Assembly (NCBI GenBank): GCA_016937015.1
Contig: JAFGWT010000273.1
Coordinates: 22,878-86,877 of the forward strand
Direction: 5' to 3'
Source of the DNA: Deltaproteobacteria bacterium
GTDB lineage: Bacteria; Myxococcota_A; Polyangia; JAAYKL01
Length of the DNA stretch: 64,000 bases
Positions 19,993 to 29,961 of the stretch are shown piece by piece. A program made the translations under genes and the position numbers. Within the stretch, counting starts at the first letter, position 1; each line of letters starts with the position of its first letter. Below the pieces are notes generated by a model. It worked only from the letters and a program-made list of their open reading frames with translations, did no database searches and was not told where the DNA came from.

Positions 19993-20897
19993 TTGTTATC
20001 GGCATTGACGAAAACGGATTAGGGCCAGTGCTGGGCCCAATGGTAGTCACCGCCTGCGCTTTTCGTGCGAGCAGTTACAATACACAGACGTTCTGGACGC
20101 TTGCCGATGCGGCGCTTCCGGCCGACGACTCCAAAGTGGTCTTTAAACAAAATAAAAAAGTTCAGGCAGAGCAGGCAGTTCTCAAATGGTTGCAACTCTT
20201 CAATCAGAGCGCCAACGACGCCGTTGCGTTGTATGATAGAGTATCCCGCCCGCTCAAACGTCCCTGCCCCGGTCAGCAACAAAATATGTGCCGTCCCGCC
20301 GTTTCCCTGTCCGTCCCGCAATTTGGGGCATCCGTGCCCAAAATCACCGATGAAATAAATGCGCGTTTCAACACGGCTGGCATCGAAACGTTGACCTGTG
20401 CCGCCTTTACAGTCTGCCCTGGAACTTTTAATCAAACACTCAAAGATAAAAATCTGAACAAACTCAAGCTCGACTTTCTGCTGATGCTTCAGCTGACAGA
20501 CCATATCCGTCGCCTGTACCCCTGCGAATCTGTTCTTGCGTTGTGCGGAAAAGTTGGCGGCACCCGGTGCTACCTGCCGTGGTTTGAATTCGCAAAAGTT
20601 CATGATGCAACACCTATACACGAAGAACATGATGAAAGCAGGTATGCGGTAGGCACCGACTTTGAAATCGCATTCATTAAAAACAGCGACGCCCTTCACT
20701 TACCTGTTGCCGTGGCGTCGATGGTCGGCAAGTATCTGCGTGAGCTGCAAATGACCGAAATTAATGAATTGCTGCTGCCCGGCGAAAAGCATGTGAGCGG
20801 ATACCGGGACACGCGAACCAGGGCATTTATTCAGAGAAGCGCGCAGAAGCGACTTGAACTCGGATTACCTGAACGATGCTTTTCCCGCAACTGTTGA
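19974..20897 (+). CDS. Divergent RNase HII-family-like protein with ~100-aa C-terminal extension
   Basis: N-terminus IVIGIDENGLGPVLGPMVV resembles the RNase HII GxDEAGRGPxxGPxV active-site motif (Arg->Leu), followed by a DSK motif (PADDSKVV); overlaps tlyA by 19 nt. Confidence 0.35.
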   Translation: MSGYTMIVIGIDENGLGPVLGPMVVTACAFRASSYNTQTFWTLADAALPADDSKVVFKQNKKVQAEQAVLKWLQLFNQSANDAVALYDRVSRPLKRPCPGQQQNMCRPAVSLSVPQFGASVPKITDEINARFNTAGIETLTCAAFTVCPGTFNQTLKDKNLNKLKLDFLLMLQLTDHIRRLYPCESVLALCGKVGGTRCYLPWFEFAKVHDATPIHEEHDESRYAVGTDFEIAFIKNSDALHLPVAVASMVGKYLRELQMTEINELLLPGEKHVSGYRDTRTRAFIQRSAQKRLELGLPERCFSRNC

Positions 20898-20925
20898 AAA
20901 AACATTAAAAAACCAATTACCTATC

Positions 20926-20954
20926 TTGACACATGAATTGCGTGCATGTAAATA
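20926..20954 (+). promoter_or_regulatory. Candidate sigma-70-type promoter for the tRNA pair: TTGACA-N17-TAAATA
   Basis: Perfect -35 hexamer, 17-nt spacer, A/T-rich -10; predicted TSS ~6-8 nt before tRNA-Gln. Confidence 0.35.
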
Positions 20955-20967
20955 AGCCGCCTGTGAT

Positions 20968-21038
20968 TCGGGAATCGTCTAACGGCAGGACGACGGGTTC
21001 TGGCCCCGTTAATCTAGGTTCGAATCCTAGTTCCCGAG
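20968..21038 (+). tRNA. tRNA-Gln (anticodon CUG)
   Basis: Cloverleaf folded by hand: acceptor TCGGGAA/TTCCCGA, T-arm CTAGG-TTCGAAT-CCTAG, anticodon stem ACGGG/CCCGT with loop TTCTGGC, discriminator G; CCA not encoded. Confidence 0.85.
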
Positions 21039-21046
21039 CAATGCAA

Positions 21047-21119
21047 GGCCCCATCGTCTAGTGGCCTAGGACACTGGCCTCTCACGCCGGTAACAGGGGT
21101 TCGAGTCCCCTTGGGGTCA
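21047..21119 (+). tRNA. tRNA-Glu (anticodon CUC)
   Basis: Near-identical in architecture to E. coli tRNA-Glu (GTCTAGTGGCCTAGGACAC..TAACAGGGGTTCGAGTCCCCT); anticodon loop CTCTCAC; discriminator A. Confidence 0.9.
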
Positions 21120-21121
21120 AA

Positions 21122-21157
21122 GCCTTGAATTCCTTACGGTTTCAGGGCTTTTTTTTG
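21122..21157 (+). terminator. Rho-independent terminator after the tRNA pair
   Basis: 8-bp stem GCCTTGAA/TTCAGGGC (one G-U pair) with 11-nt loop followed by T9. Confidence 0.6.
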
Positions 21158-21263
21158 TCCCTCCCTTTTCCTGCAAACACCAAATTACAAGCCAATAAAA
21201 TCTACACGCAGCCAGGGCAATTCATTTTTGCTGCGCTCACAATTCCGCCAACTCTGAATAATC

Positions 21264-22229
21264 TTAAAAGTTCAAAAAATGAAGTACCACACTGGTGATT
21301 GCAGCAGTGGAAACACCAACGGTGAGGAGGATGACGGCGGCGCGCTTTCGCGCTCGGATTTTCATTCGGTGATGGCGCGCATGTGCGGCAACTTTTCGTC
21401 TTTCAATTCGCTGATTATTCCGAGCGGTTTCTTCGTTTAGTCGGCGCAGCGTCCGATCGATTTTTTGTCGAAGCACCGACGGTCCCTGAAATACCATCCA
21501 CCAGGGCGTAGGCGAATCGGGAACCGGCAGCGTGGGACGGGAATCATCCTTTGAGCGTTCGGCCAGATGCCAGGGACTGATACATGCAAACAGAAACAGA
21601 TAGTCTTCGATGTTTGACATCAATTCATATTCCTGAAATTCGCCGCATTCACCACACTGAGTCACAAGCGTACCGTCATCAACACGAATGGCCAATGGCA
21701 AATGGCAATTCTCGCATACTGGATTTCCCGGGCTAACATCGACGTTATATTGGGCCAGATGGGGCCGGCGGTTGGTAATAGTATATGCCGCGCTGTTTCT
21801 GCCAATGGCGCGAAATCGGCGAAGGACATCCTCCCCTTCCCGCTCCCGAAATGTCTGCCAGAAAACGGTATCCGTCGCATCCGGTTGATCAAACCCGCAT
21901 AAATCCGCCACATTGTGCGCGTATTTAACGATATCCTCCCAAAGCGCCCAGTCGAATCGTTCCTGACTGTTACATACTGGGCATTGAAATCCTTCCAACG
22001 TAAAATGGCTGATGGCTATATTTTCGCCGCATCGCCTGCAAACAAAATTTCCAATCAGTCTGGCATAGCTCAGTTCGTTATCAGGGGGAGACACCTCGAC
22101 CCGGTTCGAATCAAACAGTGCATGACACTGCGCACACTGATATTTGCCGGGGGGTGCGATGGTCCCGCAGGAACCGCAGATTTCCATTCTGTCTTTCATG
22201 ACGCGCAGCATACGAAAATTGCGTTCCAT
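21264..22229 (-). CDS. Tail-anchored protein with three tandem zinc-ribbon (paired CxxC) modules
   Basis: CxxC pairs at C18/C21+C32/C35, C64/C67+C83/C86, CENC+CGEC; basic stretch RRKVAAHARHHRMKIRARKR then C-terminal TM AAVILLTVGVSTAAITSVVLHFL. Confidence 0.5.
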   Translation of the reverse strand: MERNFRMLRVMKDRMEICGSCGTIAPPGKYQCAQCHALFDSNRVEVSPPDNELSYARLIGNFVCRRCGENIAISHFTLEGFQCPVCNSQERFDWALWEDIVKYAHNVADLCGFDQPDATDTVFWQTFREREGEDVLRRFRAIGRNSAAYTITNRRPHLAQYNVDVSPGNPVCENCHLPLAIRVDDGTLVTQCGECGEFQEYELMSNIEDYLFLFACISPWHLAERSKDDSRPTLPVPDSPTPWWMVFQGPSVLRQKIDRTLRRLNEETARNNQRIERRKVAAHARHHRMKIRARKRAAVILLTVGVSTAAITSVVLHFLNF

Positions 22230-22280
22230 TACAAGACTGAATGGTCAGTTATTTCAAAAAAACTGTAATTCGAGAAAGGT

Positions 22281-23819
22281 TCAGGTGGGAATATTGCCGT
22301 TGCGGCGCTCTGGGCGGACTTCAATCTTGTTGAAGTGACTCTTCAGATGCCGATAAAGTTTCTGTCGTGTTTCACTGGGTTGAATCACCGCATCCACATA
22401 GCCGCGTTCCATCGCGCGAGCGGGATTGAGGAATTTGCTCTCGTATTCCTCCATTTTTTCTTCTGTGGCCTGCTTCTGATCCGGTGCCTGGATTATTTCC
22501 TTGCGGAAAAGCACCTCCACCGCACCTGCTGCCCCCATAACCGCCACTTCAGCAGTGGGCCACGCGAGGTTGACATCCGCGCCCACGTGCTTGGAGCTCA
22601 TGACAATATAAGCGCCGCCATATGCCTTGCGCATAATCACCGCTATCTTGGGCACTGTCGCTTCGCAGTAGGCGTACATTAACTTTGCGCCATGTGCAAT
22701 CACACCGTTATGTTCCTGGCCGGTCCCTGGCAGAAAACCCGGTACATCAATCAGTGAAATAATTGGAATATTAAATGAATTGCATGTCCGAATAAACCGC
22801 GCTGCCTTTCGGGATGCATCGCAGTCAAGTACCCCGGCCATCATACCAGGCTGATTGGCAATCACACCAACGGAATATCCGCCAAGTCTTGCGAAACCAA
22901 CCACGACGTTCTTTGCCCAGTTCTTCTGGATTTCAAAAAACGAGTTTTCGTCAAAAATGGTTTTTACAATGGTTTTCACGTTGTAAATCTGCTTTGATGA
23001 TACGGGAATCGCAGAATCAAGTTCTGAACAATCCCTGTCGATCGGATCATGATTTTCTTCAAAGGGAGGTTTTTCCAGATAACTCTGAGGCAGATAACTG
23101 AGCAGCTCGCGTACCCCTGCAATCGCTGATTCATCATCTTTATAGATGAGGTGCGCAATACCACTTGTTCGCCCGTGTACATCTGCACCCCCCAACGACT
23201 CAGCATCAACATCCTCAAACGTCACAGTTTTTACAACTTTGGGGCCGGTGAGAAACATGTAACTCTGCTTGCGAACCATAACCACAAAATCGGTAAGCGC
23301 GGGCGAATATACGGCTCCCCCTGCACATGGCCCCAAAACCATTGAAATCTGGGGACAAACGCCCGAACTCAGCACATTTCGCCTGAAAATTTCACCATAT
23401 CCCCCCAGTGAATCAATCCCTTCCTGTATCCGCGCTCCGCCTGAATCGTTTATTCCAACAAGTGGCGCCTTGGCACGCATGGCCAAGTCCTGGATGCGCG
23501 CAATTTTTTTCGCGTGTGCTTCTCCCAGTGACCCGCCCATTACACTGCGATCCTGAGAATAGGCAAAAACAATTCTGCCGTTCACTTCGCCAGAACCCGT
23601 AATGACGCCATCACCTGGAATGCGCTTTTTATCCAGTCCAAAATCCGTTGATCGATTCACGACACCGGCGCCGATTTCCTCAAAAGTTCCTTCATCAAAC
23701 AGCATGTCCAGGCGGCGACGGGCCAATCCTTCAAACGGATTTTTGCTGTCTCTTTTTTCGGCGTTATTTTCGGAGGTTTCGGGGGTAATGACTTGTTGTA
23801 CTGCATTATTTTCGGACAT
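22281..23819 (-). CDS. pccB: Acyl-CoA carboxylase carboxyltransferase subunit (propionyl-CoA carboxylase beta / methylmalonyl-CoA carboxyltransferase family)
   Basis: 512 aa with two carboxyltransferase halves; characteristic ..GGARIQEG..SLG.. and ..GGAYIVMSSKHVGAD.. segments. Confidence 0.8.
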   Translation of the reverse strand: MSENNAVQQVITPETSENNAEKRDSKNPFEGLARRRLDMLFDEGTFEEIGAGVVNRSTDFGLDKKRIPGDGVITGSGEVNGRIVFAYSQDRSVMGGSLGEAHAKKIARIQDLAMRAKAPLVGINDSGGARIQEGIDSLGGYGEIFRRNVLSSGVCPQISMVLGPCAGGAVYSPALTDFVVMVRKQSYMFLTGPKVVKTVTFEDVDAESLGGADVHGRTSGIAHLIYKDDESAIAGVRELLSYLPQSYLEKPPFEENHDPIDRDCSELDSAIPVSSKQIYNVKTIVKTIFDENSFFEIQKNWAKNVVVGFARLGGYSVGVIANQPGMMAGVLDCDASRKAARFIRTCNSFNIPIISLIDVPGFLPGTGQEHNGVIAHGAKLMYAYCEATVPKIAVIMRKAYGGAYIVMSSKHVGADVNLAWPTAEVAVMGAAGAVEVLFRKEIIQAPDQKQATEEKMEEYESKFLNPARAMERGYVDAVIQPSETRQKLYRHLKSHFNKIEVRPERRNGNIPT

Positions 23820-24125
23820 TACTTTTCCTTCTTTTCTGAAATTATGTGCAACGTTGATTAACGTATTTGAAATTTGAAATATGCTCTAGCAACAATTGCA
23901 CCATCGTGCAACAATGGATTTCACGGCTCTAAAAAAACTGATTATGTCATTAATTTAAAAAGGTTACACCAAAACAGATTATTTGCGAACAGTTCTTTAA
24001 GTCTTACGATAAGAGAGCCCGGTTACGCACCGACACTTTTGGTACGCACTCATGACTCAACGAAGATTCCTTGCCAAAAGGAACCGGATTGATGTAGGAA
24101 ATATTCTATTTAACAAGGACTACCA

Positions 24126-25130
24126 ATGAAGAGTATTTCCGTGTCTCGTACGGTCGCAATTTTACTTTTATTTCCGCTTTGTCTGGCATCATGCGCGCCA
24201 AAGCAAACCGAATATGTATCACAACGCATCCTGAAAATATTAGGTTCAAGACCGCCCATTGACGAGGATCTCGCGACCCTCGCACCAGCCGGACTGCAGG
24301 GCGCAGCGTGGATAAATCTTGATTCCATGCGCCACTCTCCTTTGTGGCCAACCCTTGAATCCGTGCTTGAGACCCATTATGCCAGCGATCTGTTTCCACG
24401 CGAAACAGTACTTTATATCTTGCGCCACGCAGATGAAATTCTTGCAGTCAGTGGCCATCGAAATGAACACGAGGCGGATGGCTTTGTAACGCTTATGAAA
24501 GGCAGCTGGGACACAGCTGAAGTGCTCAATCGCCTGACAGCGACAGGCGAGTTTAAGTCCACAGCCAGTGAAACAGGAAATATGCTGGCGAGGTCGAATA
24601 TTCGAATATTCGCAGTCACAGCAAAAACGCTTGCTGTTGTATCTGACAACCTGCTGGATAAAGTGATTGAGCTGATTGCACAAAATGGCAGGTCGCTCAG
24701 AGAAGACAATCATTTTGACCAGCTCAAACTGCCGGACAACGGCGGTTCAATTGCCCGTTATGTACGTGGCAATTCATCGTTAAACACCCAATCATTCAGT
24801 GCTCTTCCTCTCGTGTATCGCAAGTTTGCAAAAAATGCTGAAGGCGCCGATATCGCCTTTCGCATCAGTCACGCCATCGCGGTCAAGGGGAACATCACCA
24901 TGTCGTCAGAGAAGCAGGCGAGTCAATTGAAAAAATCCGTTGATCGTGAACTGAAGACGTTGTCGTCAAATGTTCTGATTGCCATGCTGGGTGTCAAATC
25001 ATTGTTTAATAAACTCAAACTCTCAACCCAGGCAAATCGTGTCAAACTATCCATGGGGCTGACACAAAAGGACGTAAATAAACTTCTGCAGCTGGTCGAC
25101 CCCCTGATGCAGCTGAAAGAGATGCTTTAA
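24126..25130 (+). CDS. Hypothetical lipoprotein
   Basis: Signal/lipobox MKSISVSRTVAILLLFPLCLASC. Confidence 0.45.
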   Translation: MKSISVSRTVAILLLFPLCLASCAPKQTEYVSQRILKILGSRPPIDEDLATLAPAGLQGAAWINLDSMRHSPLWPTLESVLETHYASDLFPRETVLYILRHADEILAVSGHRNEHEADGFVTLMKGSWDTAEVLNRLTATGEFKSTASETGNMLARSNIRIFAVTAKTLAVVSDNLLDKVIELIAQNGRSLREDNHFDQLKLPDNGGSIARYVRGNSSLNTQSFSALPLVYRKFAKNAEGADIAFRISHAIAVKGNITMSSEKQASQLKKSVDRELKTLSSNVLIAMLGVKSLFNKLKLSTQANRVKLSMGLTQKDVNKLLQLVDPLMQLKEML

Positions 25131-25148
25131 TTCGGAAAGATTTCACCT

Positions 25149-25814
25149 ATGAGAAACAAACCTGTTGTAGCCATTGATGGCCCATCCGGCGTCGGCAAAA
25201 GCACCGTAGCCAAAGGTGTCGCCGCCGCGTTGAATTTTCAGTTTATAGATACCGGCGCCATTTACCGGTCCGTCGCCCTTGCGGCGAAAAGAAACAAAAT
25301 AGACTGGCATGACGGTCCCAAAGTGGGAGAGGAAGCGTTACGCCACCGATTTGCATTTGATGGGGATGGGAATCTGTTGCTCGATGGCGGCCCAGTGGGA
25401 GACCTCATTCGCACGACAGAGATGAGCGAAGGGGCATCAACGGTGGCAAAGCATCCTGAGGTGAGAGACGCCCTGTTGGATATTCAGCGCCTGCTCGGGA
25501 AGGACGGCGGAGTGGTGCTCGAGGGCCGAGATATTGGGACCGTTGTATTTCCAGACGCTGAAGCCAAATTTTTCCTTGTGGCGTCATCGAAGGAACGCGC
25601 CCGACGCAGATATTTACAACTAAAAGAAAAAGACGAATCGGTGACATTGGACGAAATCGAAAAGGCGCAGCAGATTCGCGATGAGCGGGATGCCAATCGC
25701 CTTGTCGCCCCCCTGCGTAAAGCCAATGACGCCGAAGAAATCAATTGCGAAAAAACATCCGCAGCCGAGGTGATTAACCACATCACGCATTCAGTAGTCT
25801 CCCGTTTTCCTTGA
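25149..25814 (+). CDS. cmk: Cytidylate kinase
   Basis: P-loop VAIDGPSGVGKST; conserved cmk-rpsA adjacency. Confidence 0.9.
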   Translation: MRNKPVVAIDGPSGVGKSTVAKGVAAALNFQFIDTGAIYRSVALAAKRNKIDWHDGPKVGEEALRHRFAFDGDGNLLLDGGPVGDLIRTTEMSEGASTVAKHPEVRDALLDIQRLLGKDGGVVLEGRDIGTVVFPDAEAKFFLVASSKERARRRYLQLKEKDESVTLDEIEKAQQIRDERDANRLVAPLRKANDAEEINCEKTSAAEVINHITHSVVSRFP

Positions 25815-25928
25815 TTTTTGGCGCAAAATCCTTTGACTTCCAATTAAAAAGAATATAAAGGTGCCTGCGTCGCAGTCGAAGGCCTTGTAACATCAATAAT
25901 ATTTTATTTAAACCTTCAACCCGTTACA

Positions 25929-27731
25929 TTGCCGACGGCAGACAATGAGAGGAGTGTGGCCAAGTGGCCAACAACTGAAAGAATGAACGATATTAAAACA
26001 GCCAAAGCAAATGATTTTGAAATGCTGCTCGAAGGAACCTTTGAGCAGGAAAATTCCCTGGAGGAGGGAAACATCATCACGGGAACCGTGGTCAAGGTGA
26101 GCAAGGATTTCGTTATCGTTGACATCGGTTACAAATCAGAAGGAGAAATTCCCATTTCTCAGTTCACCGCTCCCGACGGCAGAGTTGCCGTGGAGATTGG
26201 TCAGAAAATTGATGTTTATCTGAACGAACTTGAGAATGAGCACGGTTTGGTTGAGCTTTCAAAAGAGAAAGCTGACAAGATGCGTGTATGGGATGATATT
26301 TCCGACGCATGCGATCAGGAGTCCATCATCGAAGGAACTATCAGTCAGCGCGTCAAAGGCGGGCTGTCGGTAACCATCGCCGGTGGCGTGAAAGCATTTT
26401 TACCCGGATCTCAGGTTGATCTTCGTCCGATTCGCAACCTCGAAAAGCTTATTGGCGAAACGCACCGATTCAAAATCATCAAGTTCAACAAGAAGCGCGG
26501 CAACATCGTACTTTCCAGAAGAGCACTCCTCGAGCAGGAACGCAATCAGATGAAAGAGCACACACTGGAAAATCTCCAGGAAGGTGCCATCATCGAAGGT
26601 ATCGTCAAAAATATCACCGAATACGGTGCGTTTGTTGATCTCGGCGGTATCGATGGTCTGCTCCATATCACAGATATGAGCTGGGGACGCATTGGTCATC
26701 CCTCTGAAATCCTCAAGGTTGGTGACAAAATTGAAGTTCGCGTACTTAAGTACAACGAAGATAACGAGCGCGTATCGCTCGGTCTCAAACAGACACAACC
26801 CGATCCATGGGAAGATGCGGTATCCCGTTATCCCATCGGTCTCAAAGTCAGCGGCAAGGTTGTTTCAGTTACCGATTACGGCGCATTTGTCGAACTCGAG
26901 CAGGGTATCGAAGGTCTCATTCATGTTTCCGAGATGAGCTGGACCAAACGCGTGAAACATCCTTCCAAAGTATTGGAAGTTGGTGATGAAGTTGAATGTG
27001 TCATCCTCGATGTGGATACGAGTGCTCAGCGCATTTCACTTGGCCTGAAACAGCTCGAACCGCATCCATGGGAGCGCTTTATTGAGCAGTATCAGCCGGG
27101 TAACACCATTAAAGGCAAGATTCGCTCCATCACCGATTACGGTGTGTTCATTGGTATCGATGACAACATCGACGGCATGGTTCACAAAAGCGATTTGTCC
27201 TGGACGCAGCGTATCAATCACCCATCTGAACTTTTCCGCAAAGGTGAAGAGGTTGAGGCAGTAATTCTCAACATCGATCATGAGGAAGAAAAGGTCAGCC
27301 TGGGCATTAAGCAGTTGTACGAAGATCCATGGGAAAGAATTCCAATGGATTACCCCCTTGGCCAGGTTCGAGAAGTGAAGGTTATCAAAATCACCGATTT
27401 CGGTGCGTTCGTGGAACTTGAACCCGGCATTGAAGGTCTGATTCACGTTTCCGAACTCAGCAATGAACGAATCGATGATCCCAAAAGCATCATTCAGGAA
27501 GGCGAATCCATCAAGGCGGAAATCATTACTCTCGATCCTCAGGAACGCAAAATCGGTCTGTCCATTAAGTCACTGACCGGTAATGAGGAAGAAGGCGACA
27601 TGACTGAATACGCCAAAAAGATGGCCAAGAAGCCCACTGAAAAAGCCACTTTGGGCGACCTTCTCAGCAGTCAAATTGGTCATATCGCTGAAAAGAAAGA
27701 AGCTAAGGTCGATGCCGACGACGCCGAATAA
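25929..27731 (+). CDS. rpsA: 30S ribosomal protein S1 (six S1 domains)
   Basis: Six repeats of the S1 OB-fold pattern (G.V..I...GAFV.L..GI.GL.H.S.....); true start possibly ATG 25983 (MNDIKTAK). Confidence 0.9.
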   Translation: MPTADNERSVAKWPTTERMNDIKTAKANDFEMLLEGTFEQENSLEEGNIITGTVVKVSKDFVIVDIGYKSEGEIPISQFTAPDGRVAVEIGQKIDVYLNELENEHGLVELSKEKADKMRVWDDISDACDQESIIEGTISQRVKGGLSVTIAGGVKAFLPGSQVDLRPIRNLEKLIGETHRFKIIKFNKKRGNIVLSRRALLEQERNQMKEHTLENLQEGAIIEGIVKNITEYGAFVDLGGIDGLLHITDMSWGRIGHPSEILKVGDKIEVRVLKYNEDNERVSLGLKQTQPDPWEDAVSRYPIGLKVSGKVVSVTDYGAFVELEQGIEGLIHVSEMSWTKRVKHPSKVLEVGDEVECVILDVDTSAQRISLGLKQLEPHPWERFIEQYQPGNTIKGKIRSITDYGVFIGIDDNIDGMVHKSDLSWTQRINHPSELFRKGEEVEAVILNIDHEEEKVSLGIKQLYEDPWERIPMDYPLGQVREVKVIKITDFGAFVELEPGIEGLIHVSELSNERIDDPKSIIQEGESIKAEIITLDPQERKIGLSIKSLTGNEEEGDMTEYAKKMAKKPTEKATLGDLLSSQIGHIAEKKEAKVDADDAE

Positions 27732-27964
27732 TTCGGAATAGCTATCTCAAGGGCAACACGCCTGTTTCGCCCTCCCCTCTGTCCCGACACTTCTAAATGC
27801 CAATTACCCTTTTAAGCCTTTCGGAGGTTTTCATAAATAAGAACTGAGACTGCACGAAGCGCAGCCGATTTTCCAAGCTGATTGCATTGGCAAAAATTGG
27901 AACTGGTTTCTACCCAAATACAAATTATCAAACACCAAATACCCAAAACGATTCTTGATATTAT

Positions 27965-28657
27965 TTGGGACTGTGTTTATCTAACCACATGCAAATCCCC
28001 GTTCAAACCCATGCTGCGCAAAGTCGAATCGAAACATATATGGAGATCCTTCAGCGGGAATCAGCTGCCGCCGGTCTGGCGGATTTCCGGTTGGCCAGGG
28101 AAGAATTTCACAGGCTCACCGGTGAGTTCGAAGAGGGCGAGCCATGGTTTGAGACCCGGATGACCATGTTTATGGACTGGTATTTGCTGGAACGAAAGGA
28201 TAAAAGCGGACACACCCCGGTTGCTAAATATTTGATTGCGCACGGTGACAATTTAAGTGACGATGATTTGCGCTCATTCCAAAACCTGAATGTCTCAATG
28301 CGTTCCACATTTCAGATTCAAAAGATGTCAGGTGATATTCTGCTGCTGGAAGACCTCATCCTGGGTGGCCAATGGAAGGCACACTGGATTTTGCCGTTTG
28401 CCGGTCTGAAGGTCGATGACATCTTTAATTCACGAATCATCCTCGCTGATTCTGAAATTGAGGTGGGCAGAGGCGCTGTCCTCCATCCCACAGACGCCCA
28501 TGAAGCGTTGTTCGACATTGTGGACAGGGCGCGTCGGGAGCACATGCCGCTGAGTCAAACGGTATGTCATCTTGACAAAGTAAAATTGAAGCTGGATCGT
28601 TATTCAAACGTTAAAATCAGACACGTTTACAAATACCCAACCGATGTAGTGTTTTAA
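27965..28657 (+). CDS. Hypothetical protein
   Basis: ORF only; start uncertain (27965/27989/28016). Confidence 0.4.
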   Translation: MGLCLSNHMQIPVQTHAAQSRIETYMEILQRESAAAGLADFRLAREEFHRLTGEFEEGEPWFETRMTMFMDWYLLERKDKSGHTPVAKYLIAHGDNLSDDDLRSFQNLNVSMRSTFQIQKMSGDILLLEDLILGGQWKAHWILPFAGLKVDDIFNSRIILADSEIEVGRGAVLHPTDAHEALFDIVDRARREHMPLSQTVCHLDKVKLKLDRYSNVKIRHVYKYPTDVVF

Positions 28658-28661
28658 ACTC

Positions 28662-29888
28662 ATGTTAAAATACACAATAAAAACAAAAGTGAAACCTGTG
28701 ACAGAACGACTTCCCAAGTGGTCGAATTTCATGCAATTACAAATCACTGTGGTCGGTTTATTTTTACTGTTTGCCACAGGCATTGCAGCAAATCCAACCA
28801 CGCCAAATGCCGCGAGTCAGGTCAGCAACGACGCCATTGACGCAAAAGAAAAGACCGCTGAATCTCCTGGACCTCTATACACCGCGCCACCTGCACAGAA
28901 AGGCGTTGCACTGGGTCTGTTTCGGCAGGAGCCCAACTGGAATTACAGTGATTTCATTGTGGAGATAAAACAGCTCGGCGCGTCGCACGTCGCCATTGTT
29001 GTTTCGAATTACATGAAAACCAATCTTCACGACGAAATTTATGATCTAAAGGGATACACAACCCCGATGCCCACAGTGGAAAAAACAATTCGGCAGGTTC
29101 AGAAAAACGGCATGCAGGTTTTTCTGTTTCCCATTCTTCGCGTGGAAGACAAATCGAACGGTGGCTGGCGCGGCACTCTTGCCCCCGCAAATCCAGATAC
29201 CTTCTTTGCCAACTATATCAATTACATTATTCGCTATGCAAAAGTAGCCGAAAAATATCATGTGCCGTTAATGAGTATTGGATCTGAACTGGGTTCAATG
29301 GATGTGCTTACTGACAAATGGCGTGATATCATTATGGAAGTACGAAAAGTCTATCAAGGAAAACTCACCTACTCCGCCAACTGGGACCACTACGAGAAAG
29401 TGGAATTCTTCGATGAGCTCGACTACCTGGGCGTTACCGGTTATTTTCAGTTGGCCGATCACAGACTCCCGTTCGAGAATAACCCACCTGTGGAATCGCT
29501 GGTACATAGCTGGCGCGAAATCTATTTCAAGCTGATGCGCTGGCAACACAAATGGCAAAAACCGCTGATATTCACGGAAGTCGGTTACCTTAGTCAGAAA
29601 GGGGCGGCAGCGCAGCCATGGGCGGAAGGTGCAAATGAAAAGGTGGACCTCGAAATTCAAAGACGCTGTTACGAGGCGTTCATTCGTGTATGGGATGGCG
29701 AAGATCGGGTTGCAGGCGCATATTTCTGGAACTGGTTTGATTGGGAAGGCGAAAATGATCGCGAATACACTCCACGTGAAAAGCCTGCAGCGTCCGAGAT
29801 GGAAAACTGGTTCTCCGCTGCCGCGCAGACTGAACCCAGTTCACAGGAGTCATCATCTCCACCATCTAAAGTTCGTGCTGGACGCTGA
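28662..29888 (+). CDS. Secreted putative glycoside hydrolase, clan GH-A-like (beta/alpha)8 barrel; family uncertain
   Basis: Signal peptide; candidate catalytic Glu pair ..MSIGSELGS.. and ..LIFTEVGY.. at spacing typical of GH-A strands 4/7. Confidence 0.45.
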   Translation: MLKYTIKTKVKPVTERLPKWSNFMQLQITVVGLFLLFATGIAANPTTPNAASQVSNDAIDAKEKTAESPGPLYTAPPAQKGVALGLFRQEPNWNYSDFIVEIKQLGASHVAIVVSNYMKTNLHDEIYDLKGYTTPMPTVEKTIRQVQKNGMQVFLFPILRVEDKSNGGWRGTLAPANPDTFFANYINYIIRYAKVAEKYHVPLMSIGSELGSMDVLTDKWRDIIMEVRKVYQGKLTYSANWDHYEKVEFFDELDYLGVTGYFQLADHRLPFENNPPVESLVHSWREIYFKLMRWQHKWQKPLIFTEVGYLSQKGAAAQPWAEGANEKVDLEIQRRCYEAFIRVWDGEDRVAGAYFWNWFDWEGENDREYTPREKPAASEMENWFSAAAQTEPSSQESSSPPSKVRAGR

Positions 29889-29961
29889 AGACAAAATTCA
29901 GTACCCTTGGGCGCAAAATCAGTTAAGCATGGAACCGAAATATCAGAAAGGATACGTGGCT

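Noticed and set aside
25834-25859. TTGACT ... TATAAA promoter-like hexamers upstream of rpsA
   Set aside because: Spacer is only 14 nt, which is too short for a functional sigma-70 promoter as read.
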